A stretch of 62,882 nucleotides of DNA, counting the filler, from Lenisia limosa (lineage: Eukaryota; Protista; Breviatea): assembly GCA_001655205.1 (NCBI GenBank). It is 15 parts of 15 records of this genome, joined end to end, with 100 filler letters (N's around TTAATTAATTAA, not from the genome) between each part and the next. Parts side by side here need not be neighbours in the genome. Positions count along the whole stretch, not along the records: positions 35,286 to 40,067 come from LPNZ01010729.1; positions 40,168 to 42,258 come from LPNZ01008499.1; positions 42,359 to 44,967 come from LPNZ01008018.1; positions 45,068 to 47,779 come from LPNZ01007611.1; positions 47,880 to 53,387 come from LPNZ01003365.1; 10 more parts are not named here. One strand, given 5' to 3'. Position 1 is the first letter of the stretch; every line of letters starts with the position of its first letter. The position numbers and the translations under genes were made by a program. This document shows positions 37,701-49,475 of this stretch, piece by piece. Under the pieces are notes generated by a model. The model was not told where the DNA came from and did not search any database. It saw only the letters and a program-made list of their open reading frames with translations.

Positions 37701-40067
37701 ATGGCCTCTTTTTCAGGGGAGGCATCCCTGATTGGTAGTATTGTTTCGCGATACTGCTCACAGGTAAGCCCACGGACGTATTATAGTTTTGATTTGTTCA
37801 AATAACCGTGTTAGTTGCCAAATGTCACCGGAAACAACCCGCATCCTGAAATCAGAGATGAGTGCTCCGAGTCCTTAGTCTCTCTTTCAAAGTATCGAGT
37901 TGAAATTGTTGTTGAATTACTTGGCTCTGTGTTATCAGACATCGCAAGGAGCTACGTAAGCCACCCCCTTCTGATCCTGACACTTTTTTAGAAACAGTTA
38001 TCTTCTGATCATGCCAACCACGGCTTCCTCGATTTGTCTGTCACTCTGCTTTTGGGATTGATCAGAGATTGCTTGAAACACAACAAAAAGTCAATTGTGA
38101 GAGGGGGGGCTGAGGATCTTCTGAATTCCCCAAATTATTCCAACCCAATTCTTGAGCATAGTTCATCCGACACATTTTTTTTTACGTCTTTGAATGCGAC
38201 GTGCTATGAATCAAGGTCTCGTGTTAGTAGTGTATATGGATTATTTCAGTCTGTCCTTTACACCCAATGGTGTGGTATGCTGAAATATCCGTTTGTCTTT
38301 CTAATTTTTACTGATTTTGGTTGATGAAACTAACCACGAGGTGTCAACAAACTCTTCAGATAAAATTGCAAAATCCTCTCGTTTGGTTTTTTTTTGTTTT
38401 CTTTTTTGTATGTGACCGGGATAAGTCCTGACCATTTACCATATGATTTACCAAGGAAAATCGGTCAAGACTTATCACTGTATGTGTGTGTTTTACCAAG
38501 ACAATATCGATATAATGTACCAGTTAATCTCGACATGTTTTGACAGTTCAGCTTGAGGCTGGCGTACCAAAAACGGATCCTGAGGCGGAGTGTAAGAAAG
38601 TCGGGGGATGGATGCTTTACTGTACCTTTTTTTGTTACTGAATTTTTGTTTCTATTTTGATTGTTTTTGTATGCTGGGAAGGCACGCAATTAGCTGTGTG
38701 CAAGAGTCTCATCTATTTCTGGCATATGATATAGTAGTATAAAATCTTTATGTTGTGCAAGATGTCTGATATAATTTAGAAAGCAAAACATAAAGATACT
38801 ACTCCCCAGGAGTGTTTAGTTCAATTACTTTTAATTTTACTTCGTTTGTTTTGTTATCAGCCCTCGTGTGTTGTTAGCCAACAGAGTTGNNNNNNNNNNN
38901 NNNNNNNNNNNNNNNNNNNNNNNNNNNNNNNNNNNNNNNNNNNNNNNNNNNNNNNNNNNNNNNNNNNNNNNNNNNNNNNNNNNNNNNNNNNNNNNACCTC
39001 ATAACCATCTCATCGGACTTCATAGTGGTACGGCGACCTGGCATGTCTTCTGAACTTCTAGAAGCTGGTGGGGGGTTGTCAGGGCTTCTCTAAGGTCCGA
39101 TATTATCGAGGATTAATATAGAAATTCAGTCTTTTTTGAGACTGTAGGGAAGCCCTAGTTATAGTTGAACTAAGATGGAGGTGGTGGTAGGTGGAATAAT
39201 TTAGAAAGACGGCGAAAATTTCGATATTATTTTTCGAGGAAATATGGAGACATTCCGTCGTTTTTTTTGGGACCGTAGGAGCCCTATGTAACACCCGGCT
39301 TATAATCGGTGGNNNNNNNNNNNNNNNNNNNNNNNNNNNNNNNNNNNNNNNNNNNNNNNNNNNNNNNNNNNNNNNNNNNNNNNNNNNNNNNNNNNNNNNN
39401 NNNNNNNNNNNNNNNNNNNNNNNNNNNNNNNNNNNNNNNNNNNNNNNNNNNNNNNNNNNNCCATTAAAATGTTCTTGCAGGTTAGTGCACGAAACATACA
39501 TAAATTGCATAAAATAAGAATCTAGGAATTAAGCTGAAATAACTGTACATTTTGGGGGGAGTCATTTTTTAATGTACTCTCCTCTCTTTTCTCTCTTGAT
39601 ATAAAAGCAGTATTTTACTCCCCCCAGAAACTGGGGTTGTCATCATCCGAGGACCTCTCCGACTGGAGACACTCACCACTCTACCTCTTGTCCGTCATGA
39701 ACCTCAACAAGCAGCGGGTGGAGGAGGTCCTTCTCACACTTCATGGCAGGTTCGAATCCCACTGCCCCTGTTTTTTTTATTTCTTCTTTATTCTTTAGAC
39801 GAAGAAATGGGTAATTTCTGGATTTTGATGACCATATTTGTCCTTATTGAGCTCCAAAAAAATACAAAATACAGTTTATTACATCTAAGGCTAAAATAAA
39901 TGCATAGAGATTCAACAAACGGTACAGTATTTTTACAGTTTTTTTTTTTTCACGTTTTTTTTTGTTTGACAAAACCAGTTTTTTATCGTTTAGAGCGGCG
40001 TCATTTAAGAAGCACACCCAAGTGGCTCTGACACAAGCTCTCTACGCAGCTCTTTGGTTTGCGATCC
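37701..40067 (+). CDS. NF1: Neurofibromin/IRA-like RasGAP, N-terminal region, truncated
   Basis: IVSRYCSQLPNVTG..ECSESLVSLSKYRVEIV (cf. VVSRFDEQLPIKTG..KECLINISKYKFSLV), LSVTLLLGLIRDCL, FKKHTQVALTQALYAALW (cf. LKKVAQLAVINSLEKAFW); GAP domain not on this contig. Confidence 0.75.
38411..38480. mobile_element. Tc1/mariner-type MITE (family E)
   Basis: TA-TGTGACCGGGATAAGTC..GACTTATCACTG-TA. Confidence 0.75.
39080..39157. mobile_element. hAT MITE A, degenerate
   Basis: CAGGGCTTC..TATCGAGGATT..GAAATTCAGTCTTTTTTG..GAAGCCCTA. Confidence 0.7.
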
Positions 40068-40210
40068 NNNNNNNNNNNNNNNNNNNNNNNNNNNNNNNNN
40101 NNNNNNNNNNNTTAATTAATTAANNNNNNNNNNNNNNNNNNNNNNNNNNNNNNNNNNNNNNNNNNNNAAATACTCATAGCTGAGCGACTACCCACCACAC
40201 CACCCCTCAC

Positions 40211-40299
40211 CTCCAGTTGCACGGCCTTCTGCCAGTCATGGTCGACGCCAAAGCGGTCCGCAAACTCCTCCAACATCCACCAATACTCGGGGCTGATTC
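40211..40299 (-). CDS. Single exon of an unknown protein, weakly Munc13-like
   Basis: AG/GT-flanked GISPEYWWMLEEFADRFGVDHDWQKAVQLE resembles WLLTEFASYYGVSD of Munc13-like proteins. Confidence 0.3.
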
Positions 40300-40485
40300 C
40301 TTGGAGGGGGGGGGGAGAGTAAAATTGGAAAATTTCTGAAACAAACAACAAAAAAAAAAAANNNNNNNNNNNNNNNNNNNNNNNNNNNNNNNNNNNNNNN
40401 NNNNNNNNNNNNNNNNNNNNNNNNNNNNNNNNNNNNCAGTAAAATTGGAAAATTTATGAAACAACTAAAGCCCAAAATCAACTCT
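40300..40485 (+). repeat. Family C copies at the acceptor of a minus-strand exon
   Basis: CTTGGAGGGGGGGGGGAGAGTAAAATTGGAAAATTTCTGAAAC..; second head at ~40438. Confidence 0.8.
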
Positions 40486-40527
40486 TTTCTCTCAACGCAT
40501 AAGAGTGTCAGAAAAGTTATAATACTA

Positions 40528-42192
40528 AGGCGACCCCCCTGAGTGCGAATTCCAACCTGAGTGCGAATTGCGATTAAGCTATTTTATAGCCCAGCAAGTG
40601 TGTACATTTTTCTGAAACTTAATGATAAATAATACCTATAAACACCAAAAAAACAATTTAAACAGCAAAATAAAGCCATACCACAGAGCTATTTTTTAAA
40701 TGTCAATTCATGGAACGGAACTGAAGTGAACTTTTGCTTTTAATGTGTGGCTATCGTGCTCAGATTTCCTTTCAAAACAATTTTTGTTCTACTTTGGCAG
40801 AGCGGCACACCTCATTGACTGTCGGCGAAACTTCGTAGGCGGAATGTAAGCGTTAGGAGTCTGCTTTTCTTTCTAATATTCTGTAGGATCGATGGTTCCC
40901 GACTTAAACCTTTTGATAATTATTGGAAATCAAAATGCTTCACAGGAAGAGCTTTCTGTGATCAGAGATTACGGTGCAAAAATTGTTTTTAGGCCGAAAG
41001 GCTGGATGGTATGTTGCTAGAAATACAATACCTTTGACAATCTAGTGTCGGATACGTTCTACTTCTGGGTTTCTGAAATTTTAGTTCCTCATGTGAATGC
41101 AGCAAGAGAAAGGCATGGTCTCACAAAGGAATATTTTGCTGTCTTGGATCTTGACCATTCATCAAGATTGAACCCTGCTGCCTTGAATTTGCTTTTGGAG
41201 CACAAAATCTTATTGGTGACTAAAGCATCTCACGCTTCATATCTGACGCAGATGATGGATGATAGCCCGTATGGCACATATAAGAAAAAAGCTTCAGAAG
41301 TATATGAGGCTTTTTGTCAAAATTCTTGATCTTGAGAATGCTCCGAATAGAGCTAGCTCTTGCTACTCGTCTTTGCATCATTAAGGCTTCTCTTAAGGCT
41401 TATGTTGAGTGTACTGATCCTGACACGATATGTACAGGATTTTGTCTTGCTGGGAAGACGTTTTTTAATGGCAAATTGTTCATAAACCCGAACGCGGTTC
41501 TTAAAAGGTGTAATAACCAAAAGANNNNNNNNNNGTGGAGCAAAACAAGCACGGGAATCTTAATCAGGAGCATGTTGTCGCTAACATCAGAGATATGGCT
41601 GATTTAAAAACCAAAGAGTCTCTTGAATCTTTCCATGCTAACCCAGTTGATCTTCCTTGGTATCAGCATCCGAACTCGTATTCCGAAGACCCTACTCTTG
41701 ATTTAATACCAAATAATGGTACTGGTGGAAAAATTGACATAACTCCTCCTGTTACAGAGGAGGAGGCTTTAAGAAAAATCTTAAATGACAGGAAAAAAAA
41801 AGAGGTTGAAGATGCTCGTCAGAATAAACGCATGCTAAAGAGACATAATGGTGCTGTCGGTGCTGATGCTGTCTTAAATGAAGTTACAAATCCTCCCGAT
41901 ACTATTACTGCTGCACGTGGTCGTGGACGCGGGCGTGTTAGAGGTAGAGGTGTGATTATTGATGCTGCAGAACACGGTCGTGGCGGACAGAAGTAGTGTC
42001 TCAGTCTGTTTAATACAAATTTTTCTTTATCTATTAGACTCACGTTCAGTTACTTCGTTGATCTTTAAAATCTAAATAACTCATGGTATCTCTTAAAAAC
42101 AGCATAATGCTCTAAAAAAATGGTATAAACTATTTCTAAAAAAATAAAAAAATTCGCACTCAAGTTGGAATTCGCACTCAGGGGAGTCACCT
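40528..42192 (+). mobile_element. pogo-like (Tc1/mariner superfamily) DNA transposon, 1665 bp
   Basis: ~42-bp TIRs AGG(C/T)GAC(C/T)CCCCTGAGTGCGAATTCCAAC(C/T)TGAGTGCGAATT with an internal direct repeat; TA TSD at 40526-40527 and 42193-42194; DDE_1-like remnants inside. Confidence 0.88.
40891..41996 (+). pseudogene. Degenerate pogo/Tigger DDE_1 transposase
   Basis: DGSRLKP, RPKGWM, FAVLDLDHSSR, LTQMMDDSPYGTYK, TICTGFCLAG, RG-rich tail; frameshifts at ~40915 and ~41325; no N-terminal HTH visible. Confidence 0.8.
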
Positions 42193-42579
42193 TATACCCA
42201 TTATACTACACATTTGGGGGGGGGGGAGAGAGTAAAATACATGTCTTGATTTGAAAACNNNNNNNNNNNNNNNNNNNNNNNNNNNNNNNNNNNNNNNNNN
42301 NNTTAATTAATTAANNNNNNNNNNNNNNNNNNNNNNNNNNNNNNNNNNNNNNNNNNNNGGGGAGGTAACAACTTTCATGAAAATTACAAATGTATGAACA
42401 TGCAGGGACTATGGAGTTTCGGTGCTATTCCTTCCGTAAAATCAATCGAGATTTACCACCGTCAGCGTATGGATTTTCACATTGGTTGGTAAAAGTCAAA
42501 GGAGACTATGTTAGGTATCGAACTCATTGTGAAATATCAAATATTCCATTTCAATTCCGATTTACCAGCCCCTTCTTAC

Positions 42580-43918
42580 AAGCCAGAATGATAAAGGTAC
42601 GCGAGAAATAAAGGTCGTGGTACCCCCAGATAGACGTGAGAAGCTCGGGCAATACGTCGCCAATAATCACAATGTAGGATGTCATTGAACCTGGGGGGGG
42701 GGGGGGGGNNNNNNNNNNNNNNNNNNNNNNNNNNNNNNNNNNNNNNNNNNNNNNNNNNNNNNNNNNNNNNNNNNNNNNNNNNNNNNNNNNNNNNNNNNNN
42801 NNNNNNNNNNNNNNNNNNNNNNNNNNNNNNNNNNNNNNNNAACTGGTGGAGTGGGTAAAACCCAAGAGAAAGCCCCATTCCAAGCCATGTAAATTATCCC
42901 ATGAGAAAGCTCTGCACTCCCCACCGGAGTTTTGGAGGAGAATGGCGATGCAGACAAGGATTTCACCAGGACGTCCAAAGGCAACCTTGCCCAGAGCCTC
43001 ATAGCTGTAGTGGCCTGGAGCGTGAGCTGAGTGTACAACGGAAGAATATTCAGTTAATATGCGACAGAGGATCGTTTATTGTATTCGAATCCATAAGCAA
43101 ACACTTAAAGGTGGCTGGTATGTTTTATGTATTCTCTGGTTGTTTTCAGTAAAAGAATGAAATATCTGGTAAACATGGAAAATGAATAAATACAATACAA
43201 AGAGATACTCCCGCAGCCAAAAGGGGTTGGCACAATTGGCAAGAGCATAATCTAGCATTTTTAAGCGAATTCTCCATAACATTATGATATCTAATCCTGT
43301 GAATATATTCATTTTCGACATTTCCAAAAAAATTAAAGTAAACATAGGGGAGTAATTGGAAAGCCAGTTGAATTGGAAGATGTTGTTGTGAGAGCTGTTC
43401 TAGAACATTTACCATTCCACCGATAGAAAGACAGCCTGACATCATTGTCCCACCAACCGGTTTTATCCGATAATCGAATCAACAGCGCAATGGTGATCTT
43501 GGCCAAGATCGCTGTTGAGAAGAGGAGGCAAGTGAATAGCACTGTTCCAACATTTCTGAGTTGTGAGTGAAAAGTGACCCAATGATCAGAATTGTGAAGG
43601 TGTGTTCGCAATGCGATTATCAAAGGTGAATCTTTTTAGCAAGTTATTCAGGGCCTACTTCATGCTGAACGGAAGCGCCAAGATTCCAGCTCCAAGAACT
43701 GAAATGGTAAGTTCTGAACAGATGGAATTTGCGAGAAGGTTCTCTGCCAAGGCTTTCCTCTTACTGCAATTGATCAAGTTGAAGATAGAGAGGAAGTAGG
43801 AGGTGCGTCCCAGGCTCAAGGGCGAGTTCATCAATTCAACTGGAGCGTCATTGTCTTTGAGGCCCTCATTCGTGGCCGAGGGTATTTCGGAGTAACTTTT
43901 GTGTTCTTTTGACTTCAT
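42580..43918 (-). CDS. Amino acid transporter (Aa_trans, SLC38/AVT-like), 3' truncated
   Basis: SIFNLINC-ILGAGILALPF, SYEALGKVAFGRPG, NSGSMTSYIVIIGDVLP. Confidence 0.9.
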
Positions 43919-44437
43919 TATGAACACAAAAGACACAAAAAGGTCGAAAAATGTTGTCAAGCAATTCGATCACCATGATCTACTCTATCTGTTTCCGTTT
44001 TTGCCTGCGTTGGTTCTTCTTTAACTATAAACCTAAATAGTAATAGACATATAAAAAATCACACGAAATAACGTCAAAAGAAGCACAACAGGGAAGCTGC
44101 AATGTCCCGGTATCCCTCTTTCCTTTTAGTCTTATGCCTCCTCCCCTTCTGCTTTTCGAGCTTTCCTGTGTAAGCATGAGAGATTGGGGGATGGAAGAAA
44201 TTTTGCGAATTAGAGGATAGTTTATTGCGACTGTGCTTGTTTCAAATCACTTTTGGTCCGTTTCATTTTTCATTACCATTAATCAATTATTTATCTTAAT
44301 ATTATATATCACCCTTTATACCGGTCTAAGTTTTTTTGGGAGGGATGATGAAAACAGGAGTGGTCAGGAATTTCCTTCTTCCATGTTTGTTTCTTTACAT
44401 GAGGGCACTGTCCACAAGAGTTGGAAATGGTGAACCA

Positions 44438-44560
44438 AAAAAGTTTGACGACTTTTTGCAGGTGAGTTTGAACAGACGACAATGCTTCAAGAAAAGGGGT
44501 TACAGGAGACTAGTTGAACTGATATTGGGGGATTTACGATGAAAAGTCGTCAAGCTTTTT
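44438..44560. repeat. Isolated 19-bp inverted repeat pair ~85 bp apart
   Basis: AAAAAGTTTGACGACTTTT (44438-44456) and AAAAGTCGTCAAGCTTTTT (44542-44560), one mismatch. Confidence 0.6.
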
Positions 44561-45067
44561 AGTTGCGAAAATTTCCAAACCTCAGCCAGGAACGACCATA
44601 TGGAATGCGGTGTTAACATCTGTCCTTCTTGTCATCTAATTGTCGATAGCTTTAGCGTGGTTTTTTATCCTTCCTGATTGGCTGCGAATTGGCACAACTT
44701 TCTCCTTTCTTATTTTTTTGTAGTATGTACAGCTCAACTTTCTTCTTTCTTATTTCTTTCTAGTATGTACAGCTCAGGAAAAACCCAAATGAAACTCGAA
44801 CCACCCAGTGAGGCCACTCATGCTGCTACTTTTGGAGGTTGGGAGTGAGACATTGGGCTTCACGTGTTAAAAGCCTGTAGTGAGCAATGGTGTCAACATA
44901 TTATATATCATATAATATAATATATATATATAATTATATATATTGTACTATGTATATTATCTATATTNNNNNNNNNNNNNNNNNNNNNNNNNNNNNNNNN
45001 NNNNNNNNNNNTTAATTAATTAANNNNNNNNNNNNNNNNNNNNNNNNNNNNNNNNNNNNNNNNNNNN

Positions 45068-47726
45068 AAGCAAGTTTTGGAGGTTGGTGTTCGCGTGGAA
45101 CTGGCCACCAGCAAGGACGATTTTCTCGAGCAGAGCAATGAGCTCGTTGGGGAGCTCGGCAACCATGAAGGCCTTGACAGCCGCACTGACAGCGTCGGAG
45201 TCGGTGGTCTCGGGAAGAGCAGTGCCTGTATAGTTATTTCATGAAGATTCCATCAAGGTTAGCACCCGCCACAAAGAGTCTTCCGTTTGCGATAGCATTT
45301 TTTAGTTGATGTTTGATGCCCCCCCCCCCCCNNNNNNNNNNNNNNNNNNNNNNNNNNNNNNNNNNNNNNNNNNNNNNNNNNNNNNNNNNNNNNNNNNNNN
45401 NNNNNNNNNNNNNNNNNNNNNNNNNNNNNNNNNNNNNNNNNNNNNNNNNNNNNNNNNNNNNNTGGTCGACAATGGAGCGGCGGGTTGGGTCCTCCTGGAG
45501 AACAAAGGCCCAGAGCTCAGCGTCCTGGCGCTCAACAACGTAGCGGGCAAGAGGCTTGAAGAGGGAGGAGGAGCGGCAGACCTGTGAAGGGTGACTTTCG
45601 GTTACGGCCTCATAAACTATGTGGAGTATGGAGAATGACCAAAATGAAAGACCAGTCCAGTCTCACCTCGACGAGAGCGGTGTCACACTGTCCACGCTTG
45701 TAGGCAACAAAGGCGAGGAAGGGGTCTCTCTTTTCGCAGTAGCGTCCAACAACCTGAACGGTCAATGGAAAACGGTAAAACAAGATTACTCAAGTCGGCA
45801 GCATTTAGTTAAATCATCGCACTCACAGGTCAGGTGTAATATATTTTACCCCCCCCCCGCCGCCGCCGCCGCTCACGTCGCTCTCATAATGGGCGTTAGT
45901 TGTGAGGAAAGCCTCGGCATTGTTGTTGGTGTCAATGTACACCTGGAGTATAAGCAGGCGATGAAATACGGGTACTTGATAAATCAGCGAAGACCAAAAC
46001 AGGATAATGACTCACCTTAGCCAGGGCGTTGTGGGTAGCAGGTTCGGTGTTGCCCTCCTGAGCGCGCTGCTCGAGGAAGGGAAGGAGGAGCTTCAGGCGA
46101 GAGCGTTGCTCGACCTGGAGGGGTCAGAATAAAAAGCCAGATTCAGAACACAGGAATAGCGTACTCACCTCGTTGACAAGGGCCTCGACGGGACAAGAGG
46201 CACGGACGGACATGATGAGGTTCTTGATGAAGTCATCCGAGGCGTCAGCGTCAATCAGAGCTGCAATAACCTGGGGAGGGGAGGGGTAAAATTGGAAAAT
46301 TTATGAAACAAAAAAGCCCAAAATCAGGGGGGCGGGGGGGGACGAAGGAAATCTCGATGAAGAATATTGGCGTAAAGNNNNNNNNNNNNNNNNNNNNNNN
46401 NNNNNNNNNNNNNNNNNNNNNNNNNNNNNNNNNNNNNNNNNNNNNNNNNNNNNATCTTCAAACAAGAAGCAAAAACCAAGCAACAAATACGGGCAACCAA
46501 AGCTAAAACTAGAAAAAAACCAGATGACAAAAACACAACAAAAACAGGCCCGGGCCAGCCTTTGAAGAGTCCCCCACGGACAAACCTGAGGAGTGCGCTG
46601 AGGGTTGACCTTCTGGACATAGACCTCAATGAATTTGGTCATCTGATTGCTATAGAGGTACTGGAGGAGTGAATTTTGAATGTTAATGTGAGTAAAACAT
46701 AAACACCTCAAAATAATTGTTTTCTGGCCGCTATGCCCTCATACATGGGTCAAGTCTCCAATCATATCGAAGCGATCACAAATGATGATCAGAGGCAGCT
46801 GGTCAGGGAGTTTAGCCTCCTTAAGGAAGTCACGAGTCCTGAGATATGAAAAATGTGGTATAAATAATAATAAAAAAAAGGTAGAAGGAGAAGTGAAACG
46901 TGGGGAGCTGCCTACCTAACGGGATCAATACAGGCACTGTCCTTGCAGATACGCTCCACTTCCTTGGTCTGGTTGGTCTTGGTAGCAGCAACAATATACT
47001 TGAAGTGCACGTCGGCATCCTACACACGGTTAACAACAAAATAGGATTGAGCAAAGCAGCTTCTCAGAGCGAGATGACCCACCTGCGAAAAGTCCACAAT
47101 GTTGTTGAGGAAATAGAAGAGACCATCATAAGATTTGAATGACTCGAACATGGTGATCAGAGCAGCAGTGGTGAGATGCTCAGCGTACTTAGCGGCAACC
47201 TATGGGGTGAGGCTAACTGGGAGACGAGTCATAGGGTAATTCATGTGACATGAAGAAGTGAAACCCAACTGATCCCCAGTCTGAAGAAAAGAGAAGCAGG
47301 AGCATACCTGGACAACAACCTGGAGGTTCTGACGCATATTACTGGCCAGTAGCTCACGGAGACACTCCAAACTGAAGTGTCAACATCGTGAGGGGGGGGG
47401 GGTGACTTGAATGGATATTAACTGCTAGGAACTGCAGCTGTCATGTAAAGAGCCTACGAGTTTTCGACGCTAAGTTCGCCGAAGAAGGCAAGCACCCAGT
47501 TGATGTCGATGGTCTAGGGAGGTGAGAAAGCCTTAGTATCAGTGCATTGAGCGAGGAGCATGGGACAAACCTGCATTGGCAGGGCTACGAGGACACGCTT
47601 GATGTCGCTGATTTCAGTGAAGTGGTCGAGAGCATGTTGCATGAGGCCGGCCTTCTCGCAAAGCTCAGCAATGTGGCTGCGGTTGTAACCTGTGAACTGC
47701 TTGCTCGTCAGAATCGCGTCGGCAAC
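45068..47726 (-). CDS. CLTC: Clathrin heavy chain, internal fragment
   Basis: [73 protein letters not shown]. Confidence 0.97.
46271..46585 (+). repeat. Clathrin intron made almost entirely of families C and D
   Basis: C head 46273-46326 and D 46340-46558; only ~25 nt at the donor end is not family-derived. Confidence 0.8.
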
Positions 47727-48277
47727 CTGGGTTGTGAGGTGCAAGACGGCACTGTCTGGTCGAGATGCGAGTTAATATANNNNNNNNNNNNNNNNNNNNN
47801 NNNNNNNNNNNNNNNNNNNNNNNTTAATTAATTAANNNNNNNNNNNNNNNNNNNNNNNNNNNNNNNNNNNNNNNNNNNNTGTGGACCAGGGGGCAAAACT
47901 GGGAGTTTTAAGGCAAATGATTGGGTGAATTACTATGCTGGAGTGCAGAAAGCTGTGTGCACAGAGTTGCAATGTTTTGGATGTACTTGAGAGATATACA
48001 AAGTAACAGGTAAAACGAAGGAAATTTCGATGAAGTTCAAGTTACAGATATCTGGCTGGAGATATCAAAGCTGGGATTTTTTTCNNNNNNNNNNNNNNNN
48101 NNNNNNNNNNNNNNNNNNNNNNNNNNNNNNNNNNNNNNNNNNNNNNNNNNNNNNNNNNNNNNNNNNNAGGAGAAAAGAGGTTTGAATGGATACTTTCAAT
48201 ATGTTAATCGATGATGACAGATTGCTTTGTTAGTGATGGAGTTTTTGTGTCCTAAGTATCTTGGTTTTCACAAGCCA

Positions 48278-48482
48278 GGACTACCAGCTAGACGATCAAG
48301 GTTTCCCAGTCCACACAGGAGCTGACGATATCATGTTCTGGATTCGAGATACTTATGTGGTAGGAGAGGAGAAAGAGAGTGGGAGGTCCTTCCTGAAGCA
48401 ATTCTTCGCTCTTTATTTTATAGAACCACCCGCTTGCAACAGCAAGAACAAGGTACAGAAGAGCTCTCTCTTCAAGATCTAA
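48278..48482 (+). CDS. Hypothetical protein, possible last exons
   Basis: QDYQLDDQGFPVHTGADDIMFWIRDTYV..QFFALYFIEPPACNSK; not recognised. Confidence 0.25.
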
Positions 48483-48686
48483 CTAATTGATGCATATTAT
48501 AACCAGAATTCAACAGAGCCTGCGAAAAATTTATGATGTTGATAGACAGAGGCCTTATTCACGAAAAGAAAGAAGAGAAAACCTGAAAGAGGTCTTTAAA
48601 AAACCCACCCAATAAACAAACAACCACTTGGACTCCTTGAATGCAGTCACAGAGTAACTTTATTAACCAGACAATGTGGAAATGAC

Positions 48687-49210
48687 TTAGAGAGTCTTGG
48701 CCTTGGGGGCAGTTCCTAAACAAGTCAAACCCGGGCAGAATGCTTAAAAATACGACGGTTTTCACTGTTAGTGAGTGTAAACGGTCACAACTAGCCATGA
48801 GCTTACCCTCACGGAAGCCGTTCTTGAAGCGACGAGCAACGGCACCGAGGTGACGCATGCGGCCAGTACCGGTGGTACGACGACGGATGGACTTCTCAGA
48901 CCAGTTGACTAAGGAGGTAAGATGAAAAAAAATATCGTTTTAATGAAAAAAAACTCCATATAACCTCAGCTCAAGCACTGAACGAAGTTTAAAGCTAATT
49001 AAAACTGTTCCCAAACATACAAGTCCGCTTGCGAGCATGGGGGTATCCGCAAGAAGCGCAAGTGCTCTTCTGGATGTGGTATGAGCGACGTCCGCAGCGA
49101 CGGCACACAGTGTGTGTCTTGTTGTGACGCTTACCGAAAGACTGGGTACCCTTGGTCTAAAGAGAAAAGGAAGGTTAGAAAGCAAAAAAAAGAAATGAGA
49201 TCATTACCAT
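48687..49210 (-). CDS. RPL37: 60S ribosomal protein L37 (eL37), complete, 4 exons
   Basis: [71 protein letters not shown]. Confidence 0.97.
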
Positions 49211-49475
49211 ATTGTCTGTTGGGGGCAGGAAAGGAAAGAATCACAAAAAAAAATCCAAAGAAAAAGAAAATAGTCCAGTTCAGTTCAGTTCAAAAAATTA
49301 CGAATTTAGCGTCTTTTAAGTTTAATTTTTTTTAATTTCTCCACCCTTTTCGGATAAATTGGTATGCCTTGATGTAGTGGATTTATTTTCATCGCATTAA
49401 ATATTTTCTCAGCAATGAGATTGCTTTGATACCATAAGCGATTTTCCTACTTTTTTTTACTTTTCAGCTACTAAG
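49211..49475. promoter_or_regulatory. Putative bidirectional promoter, RPL37 / ML-domain gene
   Basis: Divergent ATGs 265 bp apart, AT-rich. Confidence 0.55.

Noticed and set aside
39745-39767. tRNA T-loop-like GGTTCGAATCCC
   Set aside because: No proper T-stem, D-arm or anticodon arm; it is an exon-donor junction of the NF1-like gene.
48717-49020. Intronic snoRNAs in RPL37 or ACS introns
   Set aside because: No convincing box C/D pair with terminal stem or H/ACA structure seen by eye; a covariance-model search would be needed to exclude them.
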